The translations under genes and the position numbers were made by a program. A DNA stretch of 64,000 nucleotides from an uncultured bacterium (GTDB lineage Bacteria; Krumholzibacteriota; Krumholzibacteriia; LZORAL124-64-63). The first letter of the stretch is position 1, and each line of letters starts with the position of its first letter. This document shows positions 1 to 13,765 of the stretch, piece by piece. Below the pieces are notes generated by a model. It was not told the DNA's origin. It searched no databases and worked only from the letters and a program-made list of their open reading frames with translations. The stretch lies in NCBI GenBank assembly GCA_963732385.1, contig CAVSZB010000007.1, positions 896,001-960,000 of the forward strand, given 5' to 3'.

Positions 1-305
1 TGGAACTGTTCTACCTGCTGCTGCTGCTGCTCACGGCACTGACCGTGGTCCTCCTGGTGACGGTCGTAGGCATCGTGCTCGTGATCGCCCTGCTCACGCT
101 GCCGGCCGCGGTGGCCAACCACTTCTCGAAGACCCTCTGGCAGATGATGGCCATCGGCGCGCTCTGCTGCGCGTTCTTCACCACCGGAGGACTGGCGCTC
201 AGCTACGCGGCCAACCTGCCGGCGGGCGCAGTGATCATCCTGCTTGCCGCGGCCGCCTGGCTCCTCCTCGATGTACGCCGCTTCGCGCGCCGGCCTCGCG
301 GCTGA
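1..305 (+). CDS. Metal (Zn/Mn) ABC transporter permease, ABC-3 family, 3' part (5' end outside window)
   Basis: Hydrophobic ORF open from the window start; VGIVLVIALLTLPAA...GLALSY..NLPAGAVIIL is typical of ZnuB/MntB C-termini. Confidence 0.85.
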   Translation, partial: ELFYLLLLLLTALTVVLLVTVVGIVLVIALLTLPAAVANHFSKTLWQMMAIGALCCAFFTTGGLALSYAANLPAGAVIILLAAAAWLLLDVRRFARRPRG

Positions 306-312
306 GGACGCC

Positions 313-1488
313 ATGTTGTCGCACCGGATCGCCTGGGACCAGCCGCCGAATCGCCTGGCCGTTGCGCTGGCGGCCCGTCGCCTCGCCGGCCTGCCGATCA
401 TCGACCTGACCGAGGCCAATCCGACGCGCGCCGGCCTCGCCCCCCCGGCGGAAGAACTGCGCGCGGCCCTGGCGACGCCCGGCGAGCATCTCTACGCGCC
501 CGACCCGCGCGGACTGCCGGCGGCGCGCGCGGCCGTGGCCGCCTACTACGCCGACCACGGCGGACCCGTGGACCCCGCGCGGCTCTTTCTCACCGCCGGC
601 ACGAGCGACGGCTACGCCTGGCTTTGCAAACTGCTCGCCGACCCCGGCGATGAGATTCTGGTCCCGGCGCCGAGCTACCCGCTGCTGTCGCTGCTGGCCG
701 AACTCGAAGGGATCCGCCTCGTGCCATATCCGCTGGTCTGGCGCGAGGGAACCGGCTGGCGAATTGATCCGGACGCGCTGGCCGCGGCCAGCGGCCCCCG
801 CACGCGGGCGGTGATCGTGGTGAGTCCGCACAATCCGACCGGCGCCATCATGGACGCGCGGGAACGGACCGGGCTCGACGCGCTTTGCGCCCGGCATGAT
901 CTCGCCCTGATCGTCGACGAGGTCTTTCTCGACTATCCGGGGGACGGCTCGCCCGGCCCGCTGCCGTCGGCCGCGGCCACGGACGGCGAGGCGCTCACCT
1001 TCGTGCTGAGCGGACTCTCGAAGGTGGCCGCGCTGCCGCAGGTGAAGCTGAGCTGGCTGGTCTGCGGCGGACCCGCGCCGGCGCGCGCGCGCGCCCGGAG
1101 CGGTCTGGAGCTGATCGCCGACGCGTACCTCTCGGTCGGCACGCCGGTGCAACTGGCGACACCGGCTTTACTGGCCCTGCGGCACGCCGCCCAGGCGCGG
1201 ATCCGCGCCCGCCTGCGGGAGAACGAGTCGTGGCTGCGGGAAGCGTGCGCCGACCTGCGCTCGGGCCGGCTCCTGCCGCGCGAGGCGGGTTGGTACGCGC
1301 TGCTCGAAGGCTGGACCGGCGAGGACGAGGAGGAGTGGTGCCTGGCGCGCCTCGAAGAGGACGGCCTGCTCCTGCATCCGGGGTATTTCTTCGACTTCCC
1401 GCGCCGCGGCTGCCTGGCGCTGAGCCTGCTCGTTCCACCCGCGGAGTTCCGCGTCGGCGCGACGCGCCTGCTGCGGCATCTGGCCTGA
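313..1488 (+). CDS. PLP-dependent aminotransferase class I/II
   Basis: Motifs SPHNPTG, IVDEVF, LSGLSK (PLP lysine); ATG at 313 preceded by GAGG. Confidence 0.9.
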   Translation: MLSHRIAWDQPPNRLAVALAARRLAGLPIIDLTEANPTRAGLAPPAEELRAALATPGEHLYAPDPRGLPAARAAVAAYYADHGGPVDPARLFLTAGTSDGYAWLCKLLADPGDEILVPAPSYPLLSLLAELEGIRLVPYPLVWREGTGWRIDPDALAAASGPRTRAVIVVSPHNPTGAIMDARERTGLDALCARHDLALIVDEVFLDYPGDGSPGPLPSAAATDGEALTFVLSGLSKVAALPQVKLSWLVCGGPAPARARARSGLELIADAYLSVGTPVQLATPALLALRHAAQARIRARLRENESWLREACADLRSGRLLPREAGWYALLEGWTGEDEEEWCLARLEEDGLLLHPGYFFDFPRRGCLALSLLVPPAEFRVGATRLLRHLA

Positions 1489-1508
1489 AGGGTTCGTCTC
1501 GGACCGGC

Positions 1509-1934
1509 TCACCGCGCGGTCAGCACCAGGATCCCGCCCACCGTCATCAGCAGGCCGACGACCGCGCGCGGCGAGACCGGTTCCCCACCGAGCCAGACCC
1601 CCATCAGCGCGCCGAACAGCGGCGATGTGAAAGCGATCGGCATGACCACGCCGAGCGGCGCCTGCCTGAGCGCCGCGTAGAAGCAGAGCATCCCGAGCGC
1701 CCCCGCCACGAGTCCGCCCCCGACGATCAGGTACGCCAACGCGCGCGGCGGCGCCTGCGCCACCGTCCGCCACTGCGGAAACGAGACGAGCGCCAGCACC
1801 GCCAGCGCCGTCGCTGTCCGCAGCGTGATGCCGACCTGCGGCGACAGCTGCCCCAGATGCAGCCCCTTCTTCTCGAAGTAGCCGCCCACGCCCCAGGCGA
1901 CCGCGGTCATCAACGCCAGCCACTGCGCTTTCAT
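1509..1934 (-). CDS. EamA/DMT family small transporter
   Basis: 141 aa, about 5 TM segments, FYAALRQAPLGVVMPI...LGGEPVS pattern. Confidence 0.8.
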   Translation of the reverse strand: MKAQWLALMTAVAWGVGGYFEKKGLHLGQLSPQVGITLRTATALAVLALVSFPQWRTVAQAPPRALAYLIVGGGLVAGALGMLCFYAALRQAPLGVVMPIAFTSPLFGALMGVWLGGEPVSPRAVVGLLMTVGGILVLTAR

Positions 1935-1961
1935 GTCGCTCCTCCAGGCCGCCGAGCGGCC

Positions 1962-2582
1962 TCAGGCCAGGGGGATGAAGCGCCCCGTCGCGGCGTCATA
2001 GCCCAGCAGACGACCGCGCTCGAGATCGAAGTACCAGCCGTGCAGGGCGAGCGTGCCCGCCTCGACCCGCTCGGCCACCCACGGGAAGGTGAGCAGGTTC
2101 CGCAGGGAAAGCAGCAGCGAGGCCTGCTCGCAGGCGCGCGCCTGCAGTTCCAGCGGCTTGCCGGGCAGGCGGGCGAGCACTTCATCGCGCGCCTCCCGGG
2201 CGATCGCCACCCAGCGCGGCAGGAATTCGCCCTGCGCCCCCTCGATCAGCGCACGCACGCCGCCACACTGCCCGTGCCCGAGCACGCAGATGTGCGCCAC
2301 GCCGAGCGAGCAGACGGCGAATTCGAGGGCCGCGCTCACACCGTGCGTGGCGCCGTCGGATTCGTACGGCGGCACAAGGTTCGCGACGTTCCGCACCACA
2401 AACAGGTCGCCGGGACGCGCGTCGAGCAGGTGGGCGGGATCCACACGCGAATCGCAGCACGCGATCACGAGCGCATGAGGCCGCTGTCCGTGCCGCAATT
2501 CTGCATAGAGTTCGCGATCGCCGCCGAAGAACCGCACCTGGAAGCGCCGAAACCCGGCCAGGAAATCCTCGACGTCGCGCAC
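1962..2582 (-). CDS. Beta-class carbonic anhydrase
   Basis: CCDSRV, RNVANLVPP and HGQCGG zinc-ligand motifs; GTG at 2582 chosen because the longer start lies in the tmRNA terminator. Confidence 0.92.
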   Translation of the reverse strand: MRDVEDFLAGFRRFQVRFFGGDRELYAELRHGQRPHALVIACCDSRVDPAHLLDARPGDLFVVRNVANLVPPYESDGATHGVSAALEFAVCSLGVAHICVLGHGQCGGVRALIEGAQGEFLPRWVAIAREARDEVLARLPGKPLELQARACEQASLLLSLRNLLTFPWVAERVEAGTLALHGWYFDLERGRLLGYDAATGRFIPLA

Positions 2583-2601
2583 GCGAACCCCCGGGTATGG
2601 A

Positions 2602-2627
2602 AAGGCCAACCGACCGCGGTTGGCCTT
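2602..2627 (-). terminator. Hairpin downstream of tmRNA
   Basis: aaggccaaccg-accg-cggttggcctt inverted repeat immediately 3' of ssrA. Confidence 0.7.
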
Positions 2628-2631
2628 GATC

Positions 2632-2986
2632 TGGTGGAGGCGGCGGGAATCGAACCCGCGTCCACAATCGGTTCTCTGCCAGCTTCTACATGCTTAGCCG
2701 CGCGTTCATTCTCGCCGGTCGGCAGGCTACGCGGCCCGCCTACCTTCCGGCCAGTTCCCTAATTTTCTCGCCCGTCGCCAAGGAACACGACTCGGGGCCA
2801 GGCACCGGAAAATTTCGCTCCGTGGACAGGGCCGCTGCCCCCCCCATCCGGGAACGCGCCGCCTAATTAGGCAGCGAGGGCAAACTGATTGTTGTCAGTT
2901 ATCTTTTTTCCACCGTTTTACGAGAGAGATGGGATCTCGGCATGCCGCCAACAGTCCCCCGACCGCGTCGAAGCCATGTCGCCCCC
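2632..2986 (-). ncRNA. ssrA: tmRNA (SsrA); tag peptide (A)DNNQFALAA at 2896-2867
   Basis: 5' GGGGGCGA..TTCGAC, 3' GGGTTCGATTCCCGCCGCCTCCACCA, resume context ATAACT-GAC, tag ends LAA-stop; 355 nt. Confidence 0.96.
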
Positions 2987-3024
2987 GATTCTCCGGGAAC
3001 GGGCCCTCGTGGGACCGAGCTTGC

Positions 3025-3054
3025 ACAATATCGCACATTGGGGGGCGGCGTCAA
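3025..3054 (-). promoter_or_regulatory. Sigma70-like promoter of ssrA
   Basis: TTGACG-N18-TATTGT about 40 nt upstream of the tmRNA 5' end. Confidence 0.55.
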
Positions 3055-3164
3055 TGCCCGGGGGGGCGTGGCGTCGATGCGGGCGCGGCCGCTCAGAGCC
3101 AGCGACCTGCGGTCGCAGTCTCTGCGCGGATTGCGCCCGCATCGACGCCACGCCCCCCCGGGCA
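3055..3164 (+). repeat. Long palindromic element, copy 1 (32-bp perfect stem around a 39-bp core)
   Basis: 3055-3086 is the exact reverse complement of 3133-3164; core 3089-3127 equals the reverse complement of 6099-6137. Confidence 0.9.
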
Positions 3165-3455
3165 AAGGCGACTCCGGCCCAACGAGTGATATTGAGAGGC
3201 GCGCGGCAAGGTTACTGCTCCGACGATGCGATTCGCGATCGGCGACCTGCGGCGAGCAAAGCGACACCCCCCGCCTGTTCGATCGTTGGCGGGAACCGGC
3301 GGGGCGGAGTTGCCGCGCCCCCGCCCCCGAGACCGGGCCGCCAGGAGAGGCCTGGACGGGGACCCATGCGACTCATGCGGTTGGCTGGACGCACGCACCG
3401 CCGGAGCGTAGACTCATGTTGCCCGGATCAGGAACGCACCCGAGGGAGGTCGACC

Positions 3456-5960
3456 ATGAGGGTGACAGGCGGGCGTTTCTTTCCGCATGCATCGATTTTG
3501 CTCGCCGCGTTGCTGCTGGCGGGACCGGCAGTCGCAATCCCCGATTGCCTTCCGTATGAGACGTTCTTTCACTGGATCGTCCGGGTTCCCAACAGCGCTG
3601 GCGCCTTGGATGTCGCCGTTCAGGGAGAGTACGCCTATGTAACGGGATACTGGACGGCGGTGATGGTATTCAACATCTCCGACCCGTACCATCCAGGCAG
3701 AATTCAAGATATCGACATCTCTGAGTACGCAGGAAAAATCCTCTGCAAGCCGCCCTACCTATTCGTGTCCGGCCTTTCTCGGGATGAGACGACCTCGCAC
3801 CTCCACGTCATCGATGTCTCTGATCCCCTCTCTCCCCTCGTCTTGGGACAAGCGACGCTGCCAGCCGAGCCCAGTGCCCTGGCCTATGATCCCCCGTATC
3901 TTTACGTCTGCGCTGGCAGCCTGTGCGTGATCGATGTCCGGGACCCGGCGCGACCGACTGTGGTGGCGAATCTCGCGCTGGCCTCTCCACCCATGGCCGT
4001 GGCGGTGTCGAAGGGACGCGCCTATCTGGCAATGTGGGATCGCGGGCTGAACATTGTCGATGTCTCGGACCCGCTTCACCCGACGTTCCAGCAGGAAATC
4101 GACTTGCCCCACCGCGAGAGAGCCATAACGGTCGCAGGGGACTACGCCTTCTTGGGCAGCTTCAGGACTCTCCTGGTTCTCGACATTTCCGGTCCGACTC
4201 CTGTGCGCGTGGGAGAAGTGACCGTGGGCAATCCGGAGGACGATTTCATTGGTGATATCGTCGTCCGGGATCACTTTCTTTTCCTTTCTTCCAACTACGG
4301 TGGCGTGAAGGCGGTGGATGTATCCGATCCCACCGCCCCGTTCGTGGTAGGGGAGATCGGAACGGGTGATCGCAGCCTGGGTATTGCCGATGCGGGGAAC
4401 TGTGTCCTGGTCGCAGACTGTCTGGCCGGCTTGCAGGTGATGGCCGCGATGAATCCGCAGACCGCCGGAGCCAGTCCCGCAGGGGGAATCACCGAGGCAA
4501 TCCATGACATCGCCGTGGCCGGCAACATCCTCTTTGCGGCGAACTCCGATTCCGGACTGGTCGTTGCGGATATTTCCCTACCGGAAAATCCGGCTCCGCT
4601 CGCCCTGGTCGCTACACCTGGCTCGGTGAGAAGCATGCGTCTGGACAGCGATCGGCTGTACCTGGCGTGTCAACGAACCTACGGCGCCACTCCCACCGGG
4701 AGATTGCAGATCGTCGACATTGCGAACCCTGAGAATGCTGCACCGCTCGGAGATGTCCCGTTGCCCGGCTGGATGCTGGCAGTCGAAGTCGCAGGACAGT
4801 ATGCGTATGTGGCCGCAGGCGATCGAGGACTCCAAGTCGTCGACGTTTCGGATCCACGCGCGCCGGTTCTCGTGACGAGCCTCGCCACGCCGCGATATGC
4901 GATGGATGTCGCTGTCAAAGAAAACAGGGCCTACATCGCGGGCTTCGATGGTGGCTTCCAGGTGGTCGACATCACCGATCCGCGCGTGCCGGCGTACCTG
5001 GGTTCGTCCCCGACATTTGGCAACGCGTTTGCGATTGAGTTGGTGGGTGACCGGGCCTATGTGGGCGGCGGCAGCGGGGGAATGCGCATTTTCGATATTG
5101 CGGGCGCCGGTATTCCTGAGGCTCTGGCGGATGTGACCCTTCCAGGCCCGCTCATGGGAGAGTTCGCCGGGCACCCAAGGGATCTGGTTGCCAACGGGAA
5201 CTACGTCTATGTGGCGTGTGAAGCGGCCGGCATCCAGGTGGTGGACATCACCAGCCCGACATCGCCTTTGATCGCGGGCTTGATCACTGTTCCCTCGTAC
5301 GCAGTGGCCATCGCCGTGACCAACGATGGCATCTGGATCGCAGGTGCGTCGTCGGGGCTCCTGCTGGCGCCCCGACAATGCGGCGATGCCCTCGCCGTGA
5401 GCATCCGCGACTTCGGCGCCGGCTGGTCGGATGGCCTGGCCGTCGTGCATTGGCTGGTCGAGGAAGGCCCAGGCATCGCCAGCCTTGCGTTGTATCGCGA
5501 AGGGCCGTCGGGCCATCGAATGCTGGTCCGAGAGGTTCCACTGACCGGGCAGGAGCTCTACCAGATTATCGACACTGCGGCGAATTCAACCGGGCACGAG
5601 AGGTACTGGTTGCGGGAGAGCGGAGCCCAGGGTTCGGACATCTGGCATGGTCCCGTGGAGCTGACGCCGCAGGAGGCGCCGAGCATCCTGACCCTCGGGC
5701 CGGCCTGTCCCAACCCCTTCAATCCAAGCACGTCCATCCGCCTGACTCTGCCCCGGGCGGGAAGGATCGCGGTTTCAATTTACGATCAGCGCGGTCGACT
5801 GGTGAAGAGGTTGACGCAGGGCGAAATGCCCGCTGGCGTGCACCCGCTGGCGTGGGACGGTGAAGATTCGCGCGGGGCACCCGCGGCCTCCGGGACTTAT
5901 GTGGCACGGCTGGTGACGCGACAGGGCGTGTGCTCGGCCAAGCTGATGCTGACGCGGTAG
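3456..5960 (+). CDS. Secreted LVIVD-repeat beta-propeller protein with C-terminal FlgD-Ig-like domain
   Basis: Signal peptide; many GLxVVDVSDPxxP repeats; PNPFNP..YDQRGRLV..WDGED..SGTY C-terminus; ATG 3456 with GGAGG RBS. Confidence 0.88.
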   Translation: MRVTGGRFFPHASILLAALLLAGPAVAIPDCLPYETFFHWIVRVPNSAGALDVAVQGEYAYVTGYWTAVMVFNISDPYHPGRIQDIDISEYAGKILCKPPYLFVSGLSRDETTSHLHVIDVSDPLSPLVLGQATLPAEPSALAYDPPYLYVCAGSLCVIDVRDPARPTVVANLALASPPMAVAVSKGRAYLAMWDRGLNIVDVSDPLHPTFQQEIDLPHRERAITVAGDYAFLGSFRTLLVLDISGPTPVRVGEVTVGNPEDDFIGDIVVRDHFLFLSSNYGGVKAVDVSDPTAPFVVGEIGTGDRSLGIADAGNCVLVADCLAGLQVMAAMNPQTAGASPAGGITEAIHDIAVAGNILFAANSDSGLVVADISLPENPAPLALVATPGSVRSMRLDSDRLYLACQRTYGATPTGRLQIVDIANPENAAPLGDVPLPGWMLAVEVAGQYAYVAAGDRGLQVVDVSDPRAPVLVTSLATPRYAMDVAVKENRAYIAGFDGGFQVVDITDPRVPAYLGSSPTFGNAFAIELVGDRAYVGGGSGGMRIFDIAGAGIPEALADVTLPGPLMGEFAGHPRDLVANGNYVYVACEAAGIQVVDITSPTSPLIAGLITVPSYAVAIAVTNDGIWIAGASSGLLLAPRQCGDALAVSIRDFGAGWSDGLAVVHWLVEEGPGIASLALYREGPSGHRMLVREVPLTGQELYQIIDTAANSTGHERYWLRESGAQGSDIWHGPVELTPQEAPSILTLGPACPNPFNPSTSIRLTLPRAGRIAVSIYDQRGRLVKRLTQGEMPAGVHPLAWDGEDSRGAPAASGTYVARLVTRQGVCSAKLMLTR

Positions 5961-6065
5961 GAACGGAGATCCCCTGCCCCGCGACAATGGCCGAACCCCT
6001 GCATGCCATCGGGGGCGGCGCCCTGCGGCGTGCCAAGCGACGCCGCCCCCCCTGCCCGTCGGTGA

Positions 6066-6167
6066 GGGGTGGTCCGGCGCGGGTGCGCGGGCGCGTCTGC
6101 GCAGAGACTGCGACCGCAGGTCGCTGGCTCTGAGCGGTGCACCCGCACACCCGCGCCGGACCACCCC
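6066..6167 (-). repeat. Long palindromic element, copy 2 (27/29-bp stem around the same 39-bp core, inverted)
   Basis: 6066-6094 pairs with 6139-6167 with two mismatches that are G-T wobbles on the minus strand; core 6099-6137. Confidence 0.9.
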
Positions 6168-6178
6168 CCGCAATGCGA

Positions 6179-6208
6179 AGGCGGGGCAGAGTCGCCTCCG
6201 CCCCGCCT
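6179..6208 (-). terminator. Hairpin after gdhA
   Basis: aggcggggc..gccccgcct stem about 25 nt after the gdhA stop. Confidence 0.55.
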
Positions 6209-6232
6209 CAGACCCGACCCGCCAGCAGAATC

Positions 6233-10769
<4,537 letters not shown>

Positions 10770-10797
10770 CTCAGCTCCCGCCCCTGTCAGGCGTCAG

Positions 10798-12345
10798 TCA
10801 GGCCGAGAACTCCACCCCCTGAGCCAGGTGGATCTCGCCGCCCCAGTTCACGGTGTTGGTCTGGCGGCGCATGTAGCCCTTCCAGGCGTCCGACCCCGAC
10901 TCGCGCCCACCGCCGGTCTCTTTCTCGCCGCCGAACGCGCCACCGATCTCCGCGCCCGACGTGCCGACGTTGACGTTGGCGATGCCGCAGTCAGAGCCCT
11001 GCCAGCTGAGGAACGCCTCCGCCTCCGCCACGCTGTCGGTAAAGATGCTCGACGACAGCCCCTGCGGCACGTCGTTGTGCAGCTGCAGCGCATCCGCGAG
11101 CGTGCGGTACTTCATGACGTACACGATCGGGGCGAAGGTCTCGTGCTGCACGATCGCGGCCGAATTGGCGATCTCAATGATCGTCGGCAGCACGAAGGTG
11201 CGGCGCCCGAACGGAGGCGTCATCGCCTTGCCACCGTAGAGGACCCTGCCACCCTGCCGCTTCGCCGCCTTGACCGCCTCCTCGTACGCAGCCACCGCGC
11301 CCTCGTCGATCAGCGGCCCCATGAGCGTCTTCGGATCGAGCGGATCGCCAATGCGCACCTTCTTGTAATTCGCGACCAGCTTGCCTACGAAGGCATCGTA
11401 CACCTTTTCCTGGATGATCAGGCGACGCGTCGAGGTGCAGCGCTGCCCGGCGGTGCCGACCGCGCCGAAGAACGACGAGGCGAGCGCGCCGGTGAGATCG
11501 GCGTGGTGCGAAACGATCAGGGCATTGTTGCCGCCCAGCTCGAGGATGACGCGACCGAGCCGCGCGCCGACGATCTCGCCGATCCGCTTGCCCATCCGGG
11601 TCGAGCCGGTGGCGCTGATGAGAGTCAGGCGCGGATCGGCGATCATCCGCTCGCCCACGGTCGCGCCGCGACCGATGGCCACGCACGAAATCCCCTCGGG
11701 CAACCCGTTGGCGCGGAATACCTCATTGACGATGTTCTGGCAGGCGATGCCGCACAGCGGCGCCTTGCTCGACGGCTTCCACACCACCGGGTCGCCGCAC
11801 ACCCAGGCCAGCGCCGAATTCCAGGCCCAGACCGCCACGGGAAAGTTGAAGGCGCTGATGACGCCGATCGGCCCGAGCGGGTGCCACTGCTCCATCATGC
11901 GATGCATGGGCCGCTCGCTCTGCAGCGTCGGCCCGGACAGGAACCGGCTCTGGCCGACTGCGAAATCGCAGATGTCGATCATCTCCTGGACTTCGCCCAG
12001 CCCCTCGGTGAGGATCTTGCCCATCTCGAGCGAGACCAGCCGGCCGAGCATCTCCTTCTTCGCGCGCAGGGCCACGCCGACCTGACGCACGATTTCACCG
12101 CGCCGGGGCGCCGGCACGGCGCGCCAGGCCAGAAACGCCTTGCCGGCCTGCTTCATGACCCGCTCGTAGTCCTTCGCGTCAGCCTGTTCGATCTTCGCCA
12201 GCAGTTCGCCGGTGGTCGGGCTGCGCGACTCGATCAGGTCGCGGCCGCTGGCGAACCATTCGCCGCCGCAGTTGGCGCCCGCCTGGCGCGACTTGAGCCC
12301 GAGCGCCTTGAACATTTTGCCTTTTTCCTGGGTCGTCATTGCCAT
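10798..12345 (-). CDS. Aldehyde dehydrogenase family 7 (alpha-aminoadipate semialdehyde / P6C dehydrogenase)
   Basis: GEVQEMIDICDFAVG, AFNFPVAVW, LELGGNN, GQRCTS, GAEIGGAFGGEKETGGGRESGSD. Confidence 0.9.
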   Translation of the reverse strand: MAMTTQEKGKMFKALGLKSRQAGANCGGEWFASGRDLIESRSPTTGELLAKIEQADAKDYERVMKQAGKAFLAWRAVPAPRRGEIVRQVGVALRAKKEMLGRLVSLEMGKILTEGLGEVQEMIDICDFAVGQSRFLSGPTLQSERPMHRMMEQWHPLGPIGVISAFNFPVAVWAWNSALAWVCGDPVVWKPSSKAPLCGIACQNIVNEVFRANGLPEGISCVAIGRGATVGERMIADPRLTLISATGSTRMGKRIGEIVGARLGRVILELGGNNALIVSHHADLTGALASSFFGAVGTAGQRCTSTRRLIIQEKVYDAFVGKLVANYKKVRIGDPLDPKTLMGPLIDEGAVAAYEEAVKAAKRQGGRVLYGGKAMTPPFGRRTFVLPTIIEIANSAAIVQHETFAPIVYVMKYRTLADALQLHNDVPQGLSSSIFTDSVAEAEAFLSWQGSDCGIANVNVGTSGAEIGGAFGGEKETGGGRESGSDAWKGYMRRQTNTVNWGGEIHLAQGVEFSA

Positions 12346-13688
12346 CAGCCTCCCTGGGGTACACGCCCCTGGAACGTCTCGGTCTTCTCGCGGCAGACGA
12401 TGTCCAGCCGGGCCAATTCATCGAGCACCGGCTCGTAGATATCTCTGGTCACGGGACGCAGCACGCCCGTCTGCGTGATGCGACCGCTGAGGATCATATC
12501 GACGCCGATCGCGGCCGGCAGTGACACCGTGCGCGACATCGACGAATCGCCGTCAGGGATGCCGTAGTCGATGAGCGTCGAGACGATCCGCTCGCGCCTC
12601 CCGTCCGGGAAGGCGGCGCGGAAATCATGGTACAGCACGATCATGTCGCGTTCGCCCGGGCGGAAAGACAGCTTCTCGTACATCAGGTCACCCATGGCGT
12701 CCAGCGGCGAGATCCGGTCGACCTGGAACCGCCGGTCGGAGAAGAGTCCGAGCCAGTGCAGGTTCCAGACCGGCAGCGCGTCGGGCGGCAGGCCCAGCTT
12801 GCGCGCCACGGCCACGCGCAGGTCGTCCCGCGGACCGGCCCCGATCAGTCGCCGGGTGAAGTCGGCATAAGAGAGCCCCTTCACATCGACTTCGTCCAGC
12901 GACAGCAGCCCGAGCCGGCCGATATTGAACAGGGTGTCACACCACCCCATGTTGCGCAGCGTGCCGCGAAACATGGTGGAGATGCCCTGCAGACCGTAAA
13001 CGTCGATGTAGGAGATCGAGTCGCGGTTCGGGTAGGCCTCGTAGTCGCCCTGCCCCTCGACCTGCAGCACGTGCATGTCGCGGAACAGCCGCTGACTCGG
13101 CACCTCGACCGGCCGGTCATCCGCCAGGTACTGGGCGTTGTTGCGCCCGGCCAGCAGCACGCCGCGCGGCGCCCAGGAGAACTTGTAGCCGAACGGATTG
13201 TCGTTGGCCTCGGGCGCCGGCAGGCCGCCGCAGTAGGACTTGAAGGAGACGATCCGGCCGCCGCGCCCGCGCACATCATCAATGATCCGCATGGCCGACA
13301 TGTGGTCGATGCCGGGATCGACGCCGATCTCGTTCAGGATCGTCACGCCGGCCTGCTTCGCCGCACCATCGAGCTCCTGCATCGCCGCCGATACGTAGGA
13401 GGTCGTCACCATCGGCTTGCCGTGCCCGATGCACAGCTTCGCCACCACCGGATGGAAGGCGAAAGGGACCAGGCTGACGGCGAGGTCACAATCCTTGATG
13501 AACGGCGACAGCTTCGCCTCGTCCTGCAGGTCGAGGGCGAAAGCCTTGCCGTGAGGGTGACCCGCGAGCATCCGCTCGGCCTTTTCGACCGTGCGGCTGG
13601 CCATAACAACCTCGTAGCCCTTGTCAAGCAGGTAACGGACCAGCGGCCGCGCCACCAGTCCCGCGCCCAGCACCAGCACGCGCTTCAT
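12345..13688 (-). CDS. Saccharopine dehydrogenase (glutamate-forming, Lys9/SDH type)
   Basis: VLGAGLV, NEIGVDPGIDHM, SYCGGLPAPE, YKFSWAPRG, YPNRDS, RGTLR, MSRTVSLP. Confidence 0.92.
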   Translation of the reverse strand: MKRVLVLGAGLVARPLVRYLLDKGYEVVMASRTVEKAERMLAGHPHGKAFALDLQDEAKLSPFIKDCDLAVSLVPFAFHPVVAKLCIGHGKPMVTTSYVSAAMQELDGAAKQAGVTILNEIGVDPGIDHMSAMRIIDDVRGRGGRIVSFKSYCGGLPAPEANDNPFGYKFSWAPRGVLLAGRNNAQYLADDRPVEVPSQRLFRDMHVLQVEGQGDYEAYPNRDSISYIDVYGLQGISTMFRGTLRNMGWCDTLFNIGRLGLLSLDEVDVKGLSYADFTRRLIGAGPRDDLRVAVARKLGLPPDALPVWNLHWLGLFSDRRFQVDRISPLDAMGDLMYEKLSFRPGERDMIVLYHDFRAAFPDGRRERIVSTLIDYGIPDGDSSMSRTVSLPAAIGVDMILSGRITQTGVLRPVTRDIYEPVLDELARLDIVCREKTETFQGRVPQGG

Positions 13689-13765
13689 GGCATCCTCCTC
13701 GGGTTCGCATCCCCGCCACGGCGGGGGCACCATACTCTGCCCGACGACCCGACCGGAACGGGCGC

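Noticed and set aside
2889..3455. 189-aa N-terminal extension of the 1023-aa ORF
   Set aside because: It overlaps tmRNA and the hairpin element; the RBS and signal peptide point to ATG 3456
3040..6051. 13-bp inverted match GGGGGGCGGCGTC (3040 and 6039)
   Set aside because: Low complexity, and its position relative to the hairpins is inconsistent with terminal inverted repeats
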